A DNA stretch of 64,000 nt from Candidatus Micrarchaeota archaeon (GTDB taxonomy: Archaea > Micrarchaeota > Micrarchaeia > Anstonellales > Bilamarchaeaceae). The stretch covers positions 1-64,000 of the forward strand of contig JBDRIM010000041.1 of assembly GCA_043816005.1 (NCBI GenBank), in the 5' to 3' direction. The notes beneath the pieces are model-generated. The model was not told the DNA's origin. It saw only the letters and a program-made list of their open reading frames with translations, and did not search any database. Positions 31,475-42,258 of this stretch are shown in pieces (within the stretch, counting starts at the first letter, position 1; each line of letters starts with the position of its first letter). The translations under genes and the position numbers were made by a program.

Positions 31475-32035
31475 ATGAATGAAAAAGAAATATTAGAGAG
31501 ATTGATAGAAGGCAACAAGAGATTTGCATCTGGAAATACCCTTCCAAAGGATCATATGGCAGCTAGGGAAGCAACCAAAGATGGTCAAACGCCATTTGTG
31601 ACTGTAGTTTCATGCAGTGATTCAAGAGTAGTTCCAGAATATATATTCGATCTGAATATAGGTGAGGTATTCACAATAATCACAGCAGGAAATATAGTTG
31701 ACACGATCACCTTAGGCTCTATCGAATATGGAGTATACCATTTACACACACCACTGTTGATAGTCCTGGGCCATGAAAAATGCGGTGCAATAACCGCTGC
31801 TTGTCAAGGAGGCGTCTGCCCGCCAAATATCCAAGCAATAATTGATAAGCTAAAACTACCAGTACATGTTGGCGAAAAAGATATTGAAAAAACCATTTGC
31901 ATAAATACGAAAGTAGTCATTGAAGAAATTCGCGAAAGAAGTGACATAGTAAAGCAATTGGAAAAAGAAGGAAAATTAAAACTGGTTGCAATGAAATATT
32001 ATTTCGAAGATGGTAGAGTTGAACTAATCGATTAA
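31475..32035 (+). CDS. beta-class carbonic anhydrase
   Basis: CSDSRV, AGN, GHEKCGA. Confidence 0.92.
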   Translation: MNEKEILERLIEGNKRFASGNTLPKDHMAAREATKDGQTPFVTVVSCSDSRVVPEYIFDLNIGEVFTIITAGNIVDTITLGSIEYGVYHLHTPLLIVLGHEKCGAITAACQGGVCPPNIQAIIDKLKLPVHVGEKDIEKTICINTKVVIEEIRERSDIVKQLEKEGKLKLVAMKYYFEDGRVELID

Positions 32036-32078
32036 CCTTTACCTATTCTTTTAAATTATTAGGAGCGTGAAGTATAGT

Positions 32079-32516
32079 ATGGAAAAAGTACTCATTTTAT
32101 CAGGAAGCAAAAGCGATGAAGAAATAGCAAAGCAAGTGATGGATGTCCTAGCTGCGTTTGGAGTCCCGTGTAGATATGAGGTTGCATCGGCACATCGTAA
32201 TCCTGACAAAGTTGATAGATTAGTAAAAGAATCAACAGCAAGTGTTTTCATAGCAATAGCTGGCCTCAGTGCAGCATTACCTGGAGTAGTAGCATCAAAA
32301 ACAACAAAACCAGTAATTGGTGTTCCAGTAAATGCAGCATTGAACGGCTTGGATGCGTTATTAGCAGTTTCGCAAATGCCACCAAATGTGCCAGTTGCAT
32401 GTGTTGGAATAGGTATGGGGAAAAATGCAGGACTTTTAGCAGTACAGATATTAGCCTTAACAGATTCTTCAATTGCCACAAAATTGGCCGAATTCAAAGA
32501 AAAATTAAAACAATAA
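32079..32516 (+). CDS. purE: AIR carboxylase / N5-CAIR mutase
   Basis: GSKSD, SAHRNP, AGLSAALPG, QMPPNVPVA. Confidence 0.92.
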   Translation: MEKVLILSGSKSDEEIAKQVMDVLAAFGVPCRYEVASAHRNPDKVDRLVKESTASVFIAIAGLSAALPGVVASKTTKPVIGVPVNAALNGLDALLAVSQMPPNVPVACVGIGMGKNAGLLAVQILALTDSSIATKLAEFKEKLKQ

Positions 32517-32541
32517 GTAGGATGGATAGAAGAGAATTCAT

Positions 32542-33756
32542 ATGGCAGTAGATTCAGAAAAGATGTATCATTTACGCAAACAGTTACGTGTACTAGAACA
32601 GTTCCATGGTAGTGGAACAGAATTAATTTCAGTTTATATTCCAGCAGGATCTGCAGTGCATGAAATGAGCAGTAAATTAAGAGAGGAAATGAGTCAGGCA
32701 AGCAATATCAAATCAAAATCAACTAAATTGAATGTTCTAGGTGCCCTCGAAAGGATAATGAATCATTTGAAATTATACAAGAGGACACCAAAAAATGGGA
32801 TTGCTGTTTTCACAGGAAATGTATCTGAAAATTCAGCAAAGATAGATATACAACTTTTTACAATCGAACCACCAGAACCACTAAACATCGGCGCCTATCG
32901 CTGTGACAGTAAATTTTTCCTTGAGCCACTTCAAAATATGATGGGATCGACTGATTCCTATGGAATCGTGGTTATGGATGGAAGAGAGGCAACTGTTGCA
33001 ATTGTTAAAGGAACGAATATTACAATAATCAAAAAACTAAACTCCACAGCACACGCAAAGATTAGGAAGGGCGGACAAAGTGCCAGACGTTATGAGCGTC
33101 TCATAGAGGAACAAATAGAGACATACTATAAGCGCGTTGGAGATGCCATGGATGGTGCCTACCTCAAAAATGAAAGATGCGTAATGAAAGGCGTTATTGT
33201 TGGTGGTCCAGGACCTGCTAAGGAATTCTTTATGAAAATGAGCCCGTTCAATTACCAAATAAAAGTTATGGGTGTTGTTGACACTGGGTATACTGATGAG
33301 TATGGCATAAGAGAAGTATTATCGAAAAGTGAAACCATACTTGCGCAACAGGAAGCAGTAAAAGAGAAAGTACTTATTGATCGTTTTATAAAAGAGATAG
33401 TAAGCGATGGACTTGCAACCTATGGTGAACGAGAGGTTCGTGATGTCATAACTACAAAGCAAGCAGAGAAGGTGTTGCTGTCCGAAGGCCTAACCTACTT
33501 AAGTGGTCTTTACAAATGCAGCACATGTGATATCGAAGAGAAAAGAATTGTTAGAGCGGATGATACGATCCAATGTAAATCATGTAATGGCCAAATGAAA
33601 TTACAGTCAAAAGAACTATTGATAGATGATCTTGCAGAATTAGCAAAACAACTGGAGATCACTGTTGAAATCATATCAACTGATACTGTGGAAGGTGCAC
33701 AATTTTTAACTGGATTCGGTGGAATTGGAGCCTTCTTGAGGTACAGGAACAGGTAG
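32542..33756 (+). CDS. prf1: peptide chain release factor aRF1
   Basis: ASNIKSK, YRCD, GGQS, GGIGAFLRY. Confidence 0.97.
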   Translation: MAVDSEKMYHLRKQLRVLEQFHGSGTELISVYIPAGSAVHEMSSKLREEMSQASNIKSKSTKLNVLGALERIMNHLKLYKRTPKNGIAVFTGNVSENSAKIDIQLFTIEPPEPLNIGAYRCDSKFFLEPLQNMMGSTDSYGIVVMDGREATVAIVKGTNITIIKKLNSTAHAKIRKGGQSARRYERLIEEQIETYYKRVGDAMDGAYLKNERCVMKGVIVGGPGPAKEFFMKMSPFNYQIKVMGVVDTGYTDEYGIREVLSKSETILAQQEAVKEKVLIDRFIKEIVSDGLATYGEREVRDVITTKQAEKVLLSEGLTYLSGLYKCSTCDIEEKRIVRADDTIQCKSCNGQMKLQSKELLIDDLAELAKQLEITVEIISTDTVEGAQFLTGFGGIGAFLRYRNR

Positions 33757-34395
33757 ATGTATCACGTTTATGCTACATGCACCTAAAGTATAATCTGACC
33801 CAACACTAACGACCATGCCAGCATTATAGTATTTGGCTTGTTCATTTCCAGCTTTTACATAAACCGTAATACCATCTTTCAACATAGTAGTGCAATCCTC
33901 AAGTGAAAGTGTGCCTGTTGGAGTCACACAGCCGTCATTTGAAAATGACATAGGAACAACTGTTTTACCGCCCATGCCACTACTTGCAGCAAAATCCACA
34001 CCACATTGAAGAACATTGTTCGAATTTACAGGATCATTTGTATTTCTGACATCCATGATAATGTAAACATTTTCAGCAGATGCAAAAATTTCCTTAAATG
34101 ACTCTTGGTCGATTTCAGGACCAAATTGTAAAGTATTTTGGAGATTTAGAAAAACCAGATAAATAAGAATACCAAAAAGAACTACAATGGCCATAATTTT
34201 TAACTTCCCACTAGTATCCACTGTTTTTTTGGTTTCAACTGGTTTTTGAACTTCTTTGGGTTGGTGGATTTCGTTGGTTTTTACAACTCTGATTTCTTTT
34301 GGTGTTTCATTAACAGTAGCCATAACTTTTGAATTTACTTCTTTTTTCTTCGAACGTTTAACGGATTTAGATTTCTTTTTCATATAATCAACCAA
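33706..34395 (-). CDS. single-TM hypothetical protein
   Basis: Basic N-terminus, TM, Cys-containing domain (IIMDVRN..QCGVDFA) resembling the C-terminus of the upstream gene. Confidence 0.65.
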   Translation of the reverse strand: MVDYMKKKSKSVKRSKKKEVNSKVMATVNETPKEIRVVKTNEIHQPKEVQKPVETKKTVDTSGKLKIMAIVVLFGILIYLVFLNLQNTLQFGPEIDQESFKEIFASAENVYIIMDVRNTNDPVNSNNVLQCGVDFAASSGMGGKTVVPMSFSNDGCVTPTGTLSLEDCTTMLKDGITVYVKAGNEQAKYYNAGMVVSVGSDYTLGACSINVIHLPVPVPQEGSNSTESS

Positions 34396-36496
34396 ACATT
34401 GATACTAATGGACATGAAGTATAATATTGTTTATTTGCAGTTATTTCTGCACTGTTCTTATAAATTATAGACAACCGAATTGAATTGCTAGTATCAGAAT
34501 GGCCAAGGATAAATGATGAAGGAGAATTGGCCGTATTATTGATACATTGTAATGAAGTTGCTGCAGTAGACGTATTTGAACCATTTGCAATCGTACATGT
34601 GCTTGGTGTTACAGTATAAATTGTCCATGTTTTATTTTTACTACCGAGTGAATCTGCTAGTTTTTCAGCACATGTCTGCATTGCTTCTGCATCTGATAAT
34701 GTAACATTCCTAAGGTCAACCATGATTACAGCAGATTCTTTTGGCTCGAAATCTGCCATAAATTCCGTGAGTGTTGCACTCGATGATGTTTTCCCTAAAA
34801 ATACAAACATAAAGGTACTAAATAGGAATAATAATACCAAAACTGATAGTAGTGCAGCTGCCAGAAGATGATTGGTTTTTGGAACTCTGAAGTTGTTTAC
34901 AGCAAAAAGATACAAAAATGCCAAAAGAACTAATGAGGTAAATGAAAGGAATGTTACAAGTGAGAAAATAGCTAATACCCATGGATTATCAGGGATCTCA
35001 GCTCTATTAATGAAATTAGTATTGTCTGCAAGAGAAGCAATACCAACATTAACTCGTCTTGCAAAACCTCTAAACATAGATACTGCTTTCTTAGATGGGC
35101 TATCTTGTTCATTCTGAAGAAGATTTTGGGCTCTTAATGTTAAATCAGTGTAATTTCCCTCAAGAAGTACTAGCTCATCAATAGTAAGACCATCTCTGAA
35201 CTGAGCATTAAGATCATATGTTTGGTTGATTAAAACATTAAGAGAAGACAAAGTGATTGGATCAAGATCTTTTGTTTCTAACACCATGATGACCGAATTC
35301 TCAATATTTTTTGCGTTTAATGTCCGAGTATATTGATCCATAGCTACATCAGTCATATTTGAAACAACAATAGTGAGATTTTTGTATTGGATAATGTCGC
35401 TATCAAGAGTAGTAAAGTTTCTTTGTGAGATCCTCAATGGAATAGAAGTGTGAAGTGATTGTAATGATGCCAATTTTTGAGATAAAACCGGATCTAGAAC
35501 GTGGCTAATAGTTTCTTTGGCTAATGTTATTGTATCATTTGCAGATTGATTAAATGACTTAAATATTTTAGTATAGTTTTCTGCAATTGCAGTATTGGTA
35601 GCATATTCAATTCTTGATTGGGTTTCATCGTAGATTGCAATGGCAGATGAATTGAAATTCTGCAACGGTGCTACTTTTGTAACCAACGCAGTTGATTTTG
35701 AAACCACATCATCTGCAGCACCCTGATCAATATCTATGGATGGACAGATAGCCATACATTTGAATTGACAAGCTGCACGATCAGCAGTATCATTGAGTTT
35801 AGGAGTACGAAAAATGGAATATTCGATTTTTTCTGAAAGTGGTTTGAGTTCCGTAGATGTTGTTTTGATATAATTAAGAGTATCTACCAGACTATCTTCG
35901 TCTAAATTGGTAAGCTTATCAGTATAGTTAGCAACAAACAAATCCATTTTGATACTAGATGGAGTAAATTGGAAAAGCGGGTCCATCAAGGTTGTTGGTG
36001 AGCCTAAGCCTAAACCTTCACCATAAACACTGAATAATAGCATTGCATTTTTCATACAAGATTCATTGTCAAGACAACGAACAGGTTGACCAAAAACTGA
36101 AATTTTACCATTTGATAAGAGAATATCATCACGGCAAATATATTCTTCTTTGTTCTTGAAGTCATAACCATCATTTCTACTGTCATTGAATTTTTTGATT
36201 GTTTGTAAGAGATCGTCGATTTCATCTTGTGTTGGATAGTAGGTTTTCATATAATGAGTGTAGATTGCAGAATTGATTTCTGCCTCTTCTGTTATCATAT
36301 TATTATTCTTCAACAAAAACGTATCTACTCCGTCAAATTGCACTATGGAATAGTTATCATCATCCAAGGAAAAGTTTGAATAAGTAACAGTAACATTCGC
36401 TTCGTCTGCAAAAAAATAAGGTGACAGATTGAAAGCAAAAATCAAACCGGATAATAACAGTAGGAGCGCTACTGATTTGAGGGAGGTCATCGACAT
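34388..36496 (-). CDS. large secreted/membrane hypothetical protein
   Basis: Signal peptide, coiled coils, two TM helices. Confidence 0.7.
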   Translation of the reverse strand: MSMTSLKSVALLLLLSGLIFAFNLSPYFFADEANVTVTYSNFSLDDDNYSIVQFDGVDTFLLKNNNMITEEAEINSAIYTHYMKTYYPTQDEIDDLLQTIKKFNDSRNDGYDFKNKEEYICRDDILLSNGKISVFGQPVRCLDNESCMKNAMLLFSVYGEGLGLGSPTTLMDPLFQFTPSSIKMDLFVANYTDKLTNLDEDSLVDTLNYIKTTSTELKPLSEKIEYSIFRTPKLNDTADRAACQFKCMAICPSIDIDQGAADDVVSKSTALVTKVAPLQNFNSSAIAIYDETQSRIEYATNTAIAENYTKIFKSFNQSANDTITLAKETISHVLDPVLSQKLASLQSLHTSIPLRISQRNFTTLDSDIIQYKNLTIVVSNMTDVAMDQYTRTLNAKNIENSVIMVLETKDLDPITLSSLNVLINQTYDLNAQFRDGLTIDELVLLEGNYTDLTLRAQNLLQNEQDSPSKKAVSMFRGFARRVNVGIASLADNTNFINRAEIPDNPWVLAIFSLVTFLSFTSLVLLAFLYLFAVNNFRVPKTNHLLAAALLSVLVLLFLFSTFMFVFLGKTSSSATLTEFMADFEPKESAVIMVDLRNVTLSDAEAMQTCAEKLADSLGSKNKTWTIYTVTPSTCTIANGSNTSTAATSLQCINNTANSPSSFILGHSDTSNSIRLSIIYKNSAEITANKQYYTSCPLVSMFG

Positions 36497-36531
36497 TAAT
36501 TTTGTAAGGTTAGTTTAAATACGTTTTCATT

Positions 36532-37518
36532 TCAACGCTCACGATTGATAACATAGTCAGCAATTGATAAAAGTGCTTTTTTATCTTCAGAATCAGGAAG
36601 CAAACGCAATTCTTTTTTGGCATCAGCAACAAGATTTTTTGCATATGATTTAGCATAATCAATAGAACCATGTTTGTCAAGGATCGTTATTGCAGTAAGA
36701 ATGTCCTCTTGATTTTTTGAATGTGAAGAAAGTATGGATATTAAACTGGATTTATTAGCTTCATTTGCTTTTTCAAGGCAGTGAACAACCATTAAGGTTC
36801 TCTTGCCTTCAGATATGTCTCCGCCGATTTCTTTTTTGTATGTTTCAAAATTACCAGTAAGATTTAAGATGTCATCCTGGATCTGAAAAGCTGCACCTAT
36901 TTTCTCTCCGTAATCATGGAGGGCAACCATTACTTTTTTCGATGCTCCTGCAAGTAAGCCACCAGCTTCGCATGATAAACTTATCAAAGTTGAGGTCTTC
37001 CCATTGATCATAGTGAGATACTCTTTTTCGCTTATATCAAACCTACCTGAATGAATCCATGATAATTCAATACCTTGTCCATCTACGACTTTTTTGAATG
37101 CTGATGAGTACAATTTCTGAAGTTTAGATAACAGTGATTGTTTCATATCTAAGAAAACAAGTTTCTTCCAAAGCAATGTATATAGTGCATCCCCTGAGTT
37201 AAGTGCAATCGGTAAACCACAAGTTATATGTAGAGTTGGTTCGCCCCTCCTAAAATCAGAATTGTCTTCGATATCATCATGTATGAGAGTAAAATTGTGA
37301 AAAAGTTCCAATATCACAGATGCTTGAACAACTGATTCGTATTTTCCACCACTTGCACCGCATGATAGAAACATAAGCGCAGGACGAATGCGCTTGCCAC
37401 CACGTCTTATAAAAGGTGATATCATGCCATAGGTACGACTATCCTCATTTGAAAGTTCCTTTTCTATAGTTATTTCTACCTTATCAAGATATGATTTTAT
37501 ATGAGAATAAAGTTCCAT
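36532..37518 (-). CDS. polyprenyl (geranylgeranyl) diphosphate synthase
   Basis: GGKRIRP, HDDIED..RRG, FQIQDD. Confidence 0.92.
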   Translation of the reverse strand: MELYSHIKSYLDKVEITIEKELSNEDSRTYGMISPFIRRGGKRIRPALMFLSCGASGGKYESVVQASVILELFHNFTLIHDDIEDNSDFRRGEPTLHITCGLPIALNSGDALYTLLWKKLVFLDMKQSLLSKLQKLYSSAFKKVVDGQGIELSWIHSGRFDISEKEYLTMINGKTSTLISLSCEAGGLLAGASKKVMVALHDYGEKIGAAFQIQDDILNLTGNFETYKKEIGGDISEGKRTLMVVHCLEKANEANKSSLISILSSHSKNQEDILTAITILDKHGSIDYAKSYAKNLVADAKKELRLLPDSEDKKALLSIADYVINRER

Positions 37519-37580
37519 AGATCTAACCTCTCAAAATATTATTTACAGGGGGTTAAAAAGGGACATGGGCCCCTTTTATA

Positions 37581-37880
37581 TTAAAGTCTTTTCGAATATC
37601 CACATTTGCAAGTTACCCTTAAACAATTATTCTTTCTGTCAAAGTTAACTTTTATTGACTTGTCAGGTATCCAAACCAGATAACATTTTCTACAAAAACT
37701 ATTTTTAAGGTCTCCTGGAAGCTTTATTTTGTGTTTTTTCAATAAATCAAATGCTAATTTTACATATCTTTTTGAACGGTCTGGCTTTGCACCAACATAA
37801 GCATCACGAGATTGATGTAATAATTTTTCTATGGATGAGCGTACGCTGGACTTTATAATCTTTTTCAGTTTACTATCCAT
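37581..37880 (-). CDS. rnp4: ribonuclease P protein Rpp21
   Basis: RYVKLA, FCRKC...TCKCG zinc ribbon. Confidence 0.8.
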   Translation of the reverse strand: MDSKLKKIIKSSVRSSIEKLLHQSRDAYVGAKPDRSKRYVKLAFDLLKKHKIKLPGDLKNSFCRKCYLVWIPDKSIKVNFDRKNNCLRVTCKCGYSKRL

Positions 37881-37892
37881 GGAAGGGGTACG

Positions 37893-38729
37893 ATGGAAAA
37901 CTTTATATACGATTACTTTATCAAACCAATTTGGGACCATAGTGGGTATAATATCGTCAATACTTTGACGTATGCGATAATTGCAATAGTTGCAGTTTTC
38001 TTAATCCACAGGTGGTTCGGTTCAATAAAACTCAAGATTGATAGTAATTTTATTCTCGGTGTAATGGCATTTGTATTATTTGGTTCAACTATAAGAGTCG
38101 TTACTGATTCAATAGATACTGGAATATTTACATCAATTACTCCAATTCATGAATTCGTATTGAATAGTCATCTTTGGGATTATGGGTATTTGACAGTTTC
38201 ACCGGGAATTTATATAGTAACTGCTGCGATTTTGTTAATATCCATAGGAATTTTACACAGAATAAAAAGAATGGAGTTGTTGAAGTTTGTTGGAATTGGG
38301 ATCTGGTTTCCGCATTTTCTGCTTCTTCTACCATTTATGAAATATGCTATTTTTGCAATCCCAATAGTTATTCTTGCAGCAATTCCAGCATATATTGCTT
38401 ATATGTATTTTAAGAAAAAAGTTCTTGCAGCAATTGTTGCTGGTCAGGCACTCGATGGAGCAGCAACATTTTTTGTTATAGATCATTTTTCCAAAATTTC
38501 TGGTATCCAGTATTTCGAACAACATGTTTTTTCAGCTGCTATAGGTACTCTTGGTGGTAGTTACTTTTTCTTCTATTTGGTAAAAACTGCAATCGCCTTC
38601 CTAGCCGCAGATGTAATTAACAAGGAGAAAATGGATAATGAAGCTAAGTATTATGTTGCACTTGTCCTTATGATAATGGGATTTGCACCTGGAATAAGAG
38701 ACATATTAAGGATGATGATGGGCGCATAA
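37893..38729 (+). CDS. DUF63 family membrane protein
   Basis: GYNIVNTLTY, LDGAATF, EQHV, GFAPGIRD. Confidence 0.85.
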   Translation: MENFIYDYFIKPIWDHSGYNIVNTLTYAIIAIVAVFLIHRWFGSIKLKIDSNFILGVMAFVLFGSTIRVVTDSIDTGIFTSITPIHEFVLNSHLWDYGYLTVSPGIYIVTAAILLISIGILHRIKRMELLKFVGIGIWFPHFLLLLPFMKYAIFAIPIVILAAIPAYIAYMYFKKKVLAAIVAGQALDGAATFFVIDHFSKISGIQYFEQHVFSAAIGTLGGSYFFFYLVKTAIAFLAADVINKEKMDNEAKYYVALVLMIMGFAPGIRDILRMMMGA

Positions 38730-38745
38730 TAATTGTTGCTGAAGA

Positions 38746-40506
38746 TTATAGTTTAGATGCAATAGCAATTAGCAAAAGGATACCACCAAGTAAAATAAGA
38801 GGAAGAGTAATTTTGGATATTGCAACTATTGAATTTACAGTAGAAATAACCTCAATTGATTGTTTTGCACCGATGATACGGATGTCAAACCAGCGAGTAT
38901 CAGAAAAGAATTTTGCTTCCTGCATATCCTCAATGGCTTCATTGCACGCATCAACTATAATTTCAAGTGTGGTTTCTTGGTCTTTTAATGGGTTCAAAAC
39001 TCCGCGAACCATATTTGTCTGGTGAGTATCCGTTGTGAAAACACCAACAATGAAATTTTTCTTCTGTTTTTTTCCCAATGCAATGATAGATGATTCAATT
39101 TGGTCCCGAAATTCGGGCGTAACTCCATTCGAATCAATAAGAATAATAACGTACTCTGGATTTGATGAAAAAACTGCAACTTTTATTCCTGCTTTTCCGA
39201 TTGTTGTTGATTCGAGTGAACGAATTGCAACTCCGATGCGTAAGTTTTTTTTCGCCCCCACTTTTGAAAGTGCATTTTTAATCGCATTAATATAATTAAA
39301 CGCAACTGGGCTTCCTGGTTCAAAACTTGTAATTTCCCCAGTTTCAGCATTATGTTGATCTATGATCATCGCATGATCAACATATTTCTCAGCCTCAGAT
39401 TTCATAGCCATTCCAAGACCAAGATTGATATCTTCAGTAACTTCTGGAGCCCTACTCAGACCAACCATTGCAGAATTGTTGATACGAAGAGCTTGTGCTT
39501 TACATTCTTCTTTGTTACCAAGTGAGATTGAAACTTTTGCATTTGAATAAACTGCGTCGCTTATGGCACCATCTACGGCTGTCAAGATTTTGCTTATTTC
39601 ACTTGTCGCTACTGGATTTAGATCGTGAGTAACAGTACCGTGAAAAACAAATGTTTTTGATTTGTATTTCTTATCGATTTCATTTGCAATCAGATAAGAA
39701 AATTCACTTCCCCCCAAATTTCCAAAAGGGCCATAATGGACATATGGAGTTACAAAAAAGACAGTATCATTTTTACGTTTAAAACCAGATATAGTGAGCA
39801 TGGTTTTTGCATCTTCACCAACTTGTTCAAATGCCTTTTCGATATCTTTGTTATGGTATAGCCATGCACTAAAAAGATAGGATGCAGCGTCTGTACTGCT
39901 CAATCCAAGATTTTTTTTCATTGGTGCGTTTATTATGAAAAAGAATAATACAATTGAGCCCAAAAGAACGAATGATGATATGTAAAATTTTGCTGCAATA
40001 TCCCAAAATGATGCATCTGTGTTATATAGAACTTGATCACTCAATAAAAACAAAATGTAAAAGAGAAGCTGTATCATTGCAAAGAGAATTGAACGGTATT
40101 TTAGGATAAATACAAACCTTGCGATTATATACCAAAAGACAAAGACAATTGCAGCACCAACAAGAATCACAAGTTGAGCCCAAAATTGATTAACGTCAGA
40201 GAGAACCATACTAACCAAATATGCAATGGCATATACAGTTTCACCTGCAAGAGCAGTAGCAGCTATACGCCGATATGGCATTTTTGAAATCATGATTTTT
40301 ATCACGATTGATGATAATAACGCCGGTAGTGTCAAAAGCATCATGCCACTAATGACTGCATTTTGAAGGATATTTGGATCACCGAGATTGAGTAGAATTC
40401 CGAAGATAAGACCCACAATAATCATAGTAATGATGATAAAACGAGATGGGGGGAGTGTAATGAAGTATGATGTAAGATTAATAGCACGGTTGATGTTTTT
40501 TGTCAT
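38746..40506 (-). CDS. DUF2070 family membrane protein
   Basis: HYGPFGNLGGS, HDLNP, DQHN, TTDTH. Confidence 0.85.
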   Translation of the reverse strand: MTKNINRAINLTSYFITLPPSRFIIITMIIVGLIFGILLNLGDPNILQNAVISGMMLLTLPALLSSIVIKIMISKMPYRRIAATALAGETVYAIAYLVSMVLSDVNQFWAQLVILVGAAIVFVFWYIIARFVFILKYRSILFAMIQLLFYILFLLSDQVLYNTDASFWDIAAKFYISSFVLLGSIVLFFFIINAPMKKNLGLSSTDAASYLFSAWLYHNKDIEKAFEQVGEDAKTMLTISGFKRKNDTVFFVTPYVHYGPFGNLGGSEFSYLIANEIDKKYKSKTFVFHGTVTHDLNPVATSEISKILTAVDGAISDAVYSNAKVSISLGNKEECKAQALRINNSAMVGLSRAPEVTEDINLGLGMAMKSEAEKYVDHAMIIDQHNAETGEITSFEPGSPVAFNYINAIKNALSKVGAKKNLRIGVAIRSLESTTIGKAGIKVAVFSSNPEYVIILIDSNGVTPEFRDQIESSIIALGKKQKKNFIVGVFTTDTHQTNMVRGVLNPLKDQETTLEIIVDACNEAIEDMQEAKFFSDTRWFDIRIIGAKQSIEVISTVNSIVAISKITLPLILLGGILLLIAIASKL

Positions 40507-40592
40507 AAAAATCCTTGATTTTTATTATTGAAATTTTTCCAAAATTTCAATGTCATCGGTTTTTAATATCATTCTCAATGGTTTAAAACTGT

Positions 40593-41210
40593 ATGTTGAA
40601 CCTTATTTGCCCAAAATGTGGTAGAACAAGTGATAAAGTTGGATTCGTAGAGGCTTTTTGCATTGATTGTTTTCCGATACGCTTAACATTACCGCACAAA
40701 ATAACCTTTGAGAGATGTGTAAGATGCGAAAAAATAAAATTTCGTGGATATTGGACAGCGTACAACGAACGTAAGATTACGGATTTTATCTTAAGTAAAT
40801 GTAAGGGAGATTTCAAGTCAGCAAATTATGACTTTGAAAAGAATGTTGTAATATTTGAAATTAAAAGCAGTACGAAAATTGAGAAAAGTATGTTGCTCGA
40901 ATTTACCAAAACAATCTGTCAACAATGTTCGCGAATAAGTGGTGGTTATTACGAGGGCATAATACAATTACGTGGCAACCGAACGAAAATAGAAGAATAT
41001 GCAAAAAAAATGTTAGAGAGACTTGAGAAGGTTACTTTCCTTACAAAAACAGAAGAAAAAGATGAAGGAATAGACTTGTATGTTGGACGATCAAAACCAG
41101 TCATAAAATTAGTGTCTGACCTTGGGATAAAAACAGTGATGACAAAAAAACTTGTTGGACAGGAACAAGGAAAACGACTTTACAGAACTACTTTCTTAGT
41201 TCGCTTGTAA
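40593..41210 (+). CDS. NMD3 family protein
   Basis: CxxC repeats, CSRISGGYYEGIIQLRG, KRLYRTT. Confidence 0.85.
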   Translation: MLNLICPKCGRTSDKVGFVEAFCIDCFPIRLTLPHKITFERCVRCEKIKFRGYWTAYNERKITDFILSKCKGDFKSANYDFEKNVVIFEIKSSTKIEKSMLLEFTKTICQQCSRISGGYYEGIIQLRGNRTKIEEYAKKMLERLEKVTFLTKTEEKDEGIDLYVGRSKPVIKLVSDLGIKTVMTKKLVGQEQGKRLYRTTFLVRL

Positions 41211-42017
41211 TTAAACATCTCTGAACCGCAATGTGAATTTCAGTGGTTTGGTGTTTGGTGCAAGACTTAATGCAGGTGGAATTTTGAGATTAACATTGTT
41301 TGTGAACTTTAGAATTTGATCTATTTGAGTTTGTGTTAATGAATCAGAAAAACAATTTAAAAAACAAAGAAGATTTTCAGCACAAAGATAGAGTAATGCA
41401 GTTAAATTGTCTTTAATTTCCTGTGGACGTTTCTCCATCGTAGTTGTTCCTTCGGAGTTGGGAGTATTGTAGTTCAACCCGAATATACTTGAGTGGGATT
41501 TTTGGCAAAGAATCCAGTATTGATTGAAAAAGAATTTCTCGAAGACTTCCTTAGAATATAGTTTCTTCATTACTTTTTGGAAATTGTATTTTCTTCTCAA
41601 ATTCTCTAGTTTTTTTTCACTTGTATTTGACCATTTTTTTTGAGTGAGAAGTTTGAGTTTTTCTGAATCAAGATCATCCATTTCTTTGAAGTTTTTATAG
41701 ATTTCAACATCAGTTAGATAGGCATATTGCCAAATAATTGTCTCGAAAATTGTTCGCATATTATTTCCGGCAGGATCAATAAGGCCGCTTCTTGTCATCT
41801 GGTATGCTGCTGAAAGATATATTGTATTGCGATAGAAGAAAGCTGCAAGATATTGGGAGCGTTCATCAAGTTTTTTTCTCACTAAATTTGCATAGCTATC
41901 GAATGAAAAGGAAATTGCATTTTCTAGAAGACTGCATTGTTCAGCAAATAGTCTACCGCTTTGCATGTAAACATGTTCATGTTTCTCTTGAATTTTATCA
42001 AAGCTCATATCAATCAA
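41211..42017 (-). CDS. hypothetical helical protein
   Basis: 268-aa ORF; RTIFE and KSHS motifs loosely HEPN-like. Confidence 0.6.
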   Translation of the reverse strand: MIDMSFDKIQEKHEHVYMQSGRLFAEQCSLLENAISFSFDSYANLVRKKLDERSQYLAAFFYRNTIYLSAAYQMTRSGLIDPAGNNMRTIFETIIWQYAYLTDVEIYKNFKEMDDLDSEKLKLLTQKKWSNTSEKKLENLRRKYNFQKVMKKLYSKEVFEKFFFNQYWILCQKSHSSIFGLNYNTPNSEGTTTMEKRPQEIKDNLTALLYLCAENLLCFLNCFSDSLTQTQIDQILKFTNNVNLKIPPALSLAPNTKPLKFTLRFRDV

Positions 42018-42258
42018 TTATAATTTTTTTTCCAGTCAGTTTTTCATAAACTGTTTCAGATAATTGTTTGTGTTGTCCTTGGAATACTGCATACTGTTGT
42101 GGTTTGTCTTTTTTTAATTGTGAGAAAAAACCTGCAAATTCATCACGAATTTGTGCAGTTATGTTATTGTCAGCTAATTTTAATTTCTCGTTCCAGCTAG
42201 TTATTTTCTTTTGAGTATTTTTATAATCATCTGATTCAATCAGATCTGTAAGATTCAT
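42010..42258 (-). CDS. hypothetical protein
   Basis: 82-aa ORF overlapping its neighbours in an operon. Confidence 0.55.
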   Translation of the reverse strand: MNLTDLIESDDYKNTQKKITSWNEKLKLADNNITAQIRDEFAGFFSQLKKDKPQQYAVFQGQHKQLSETVYEKLTGKKIIID

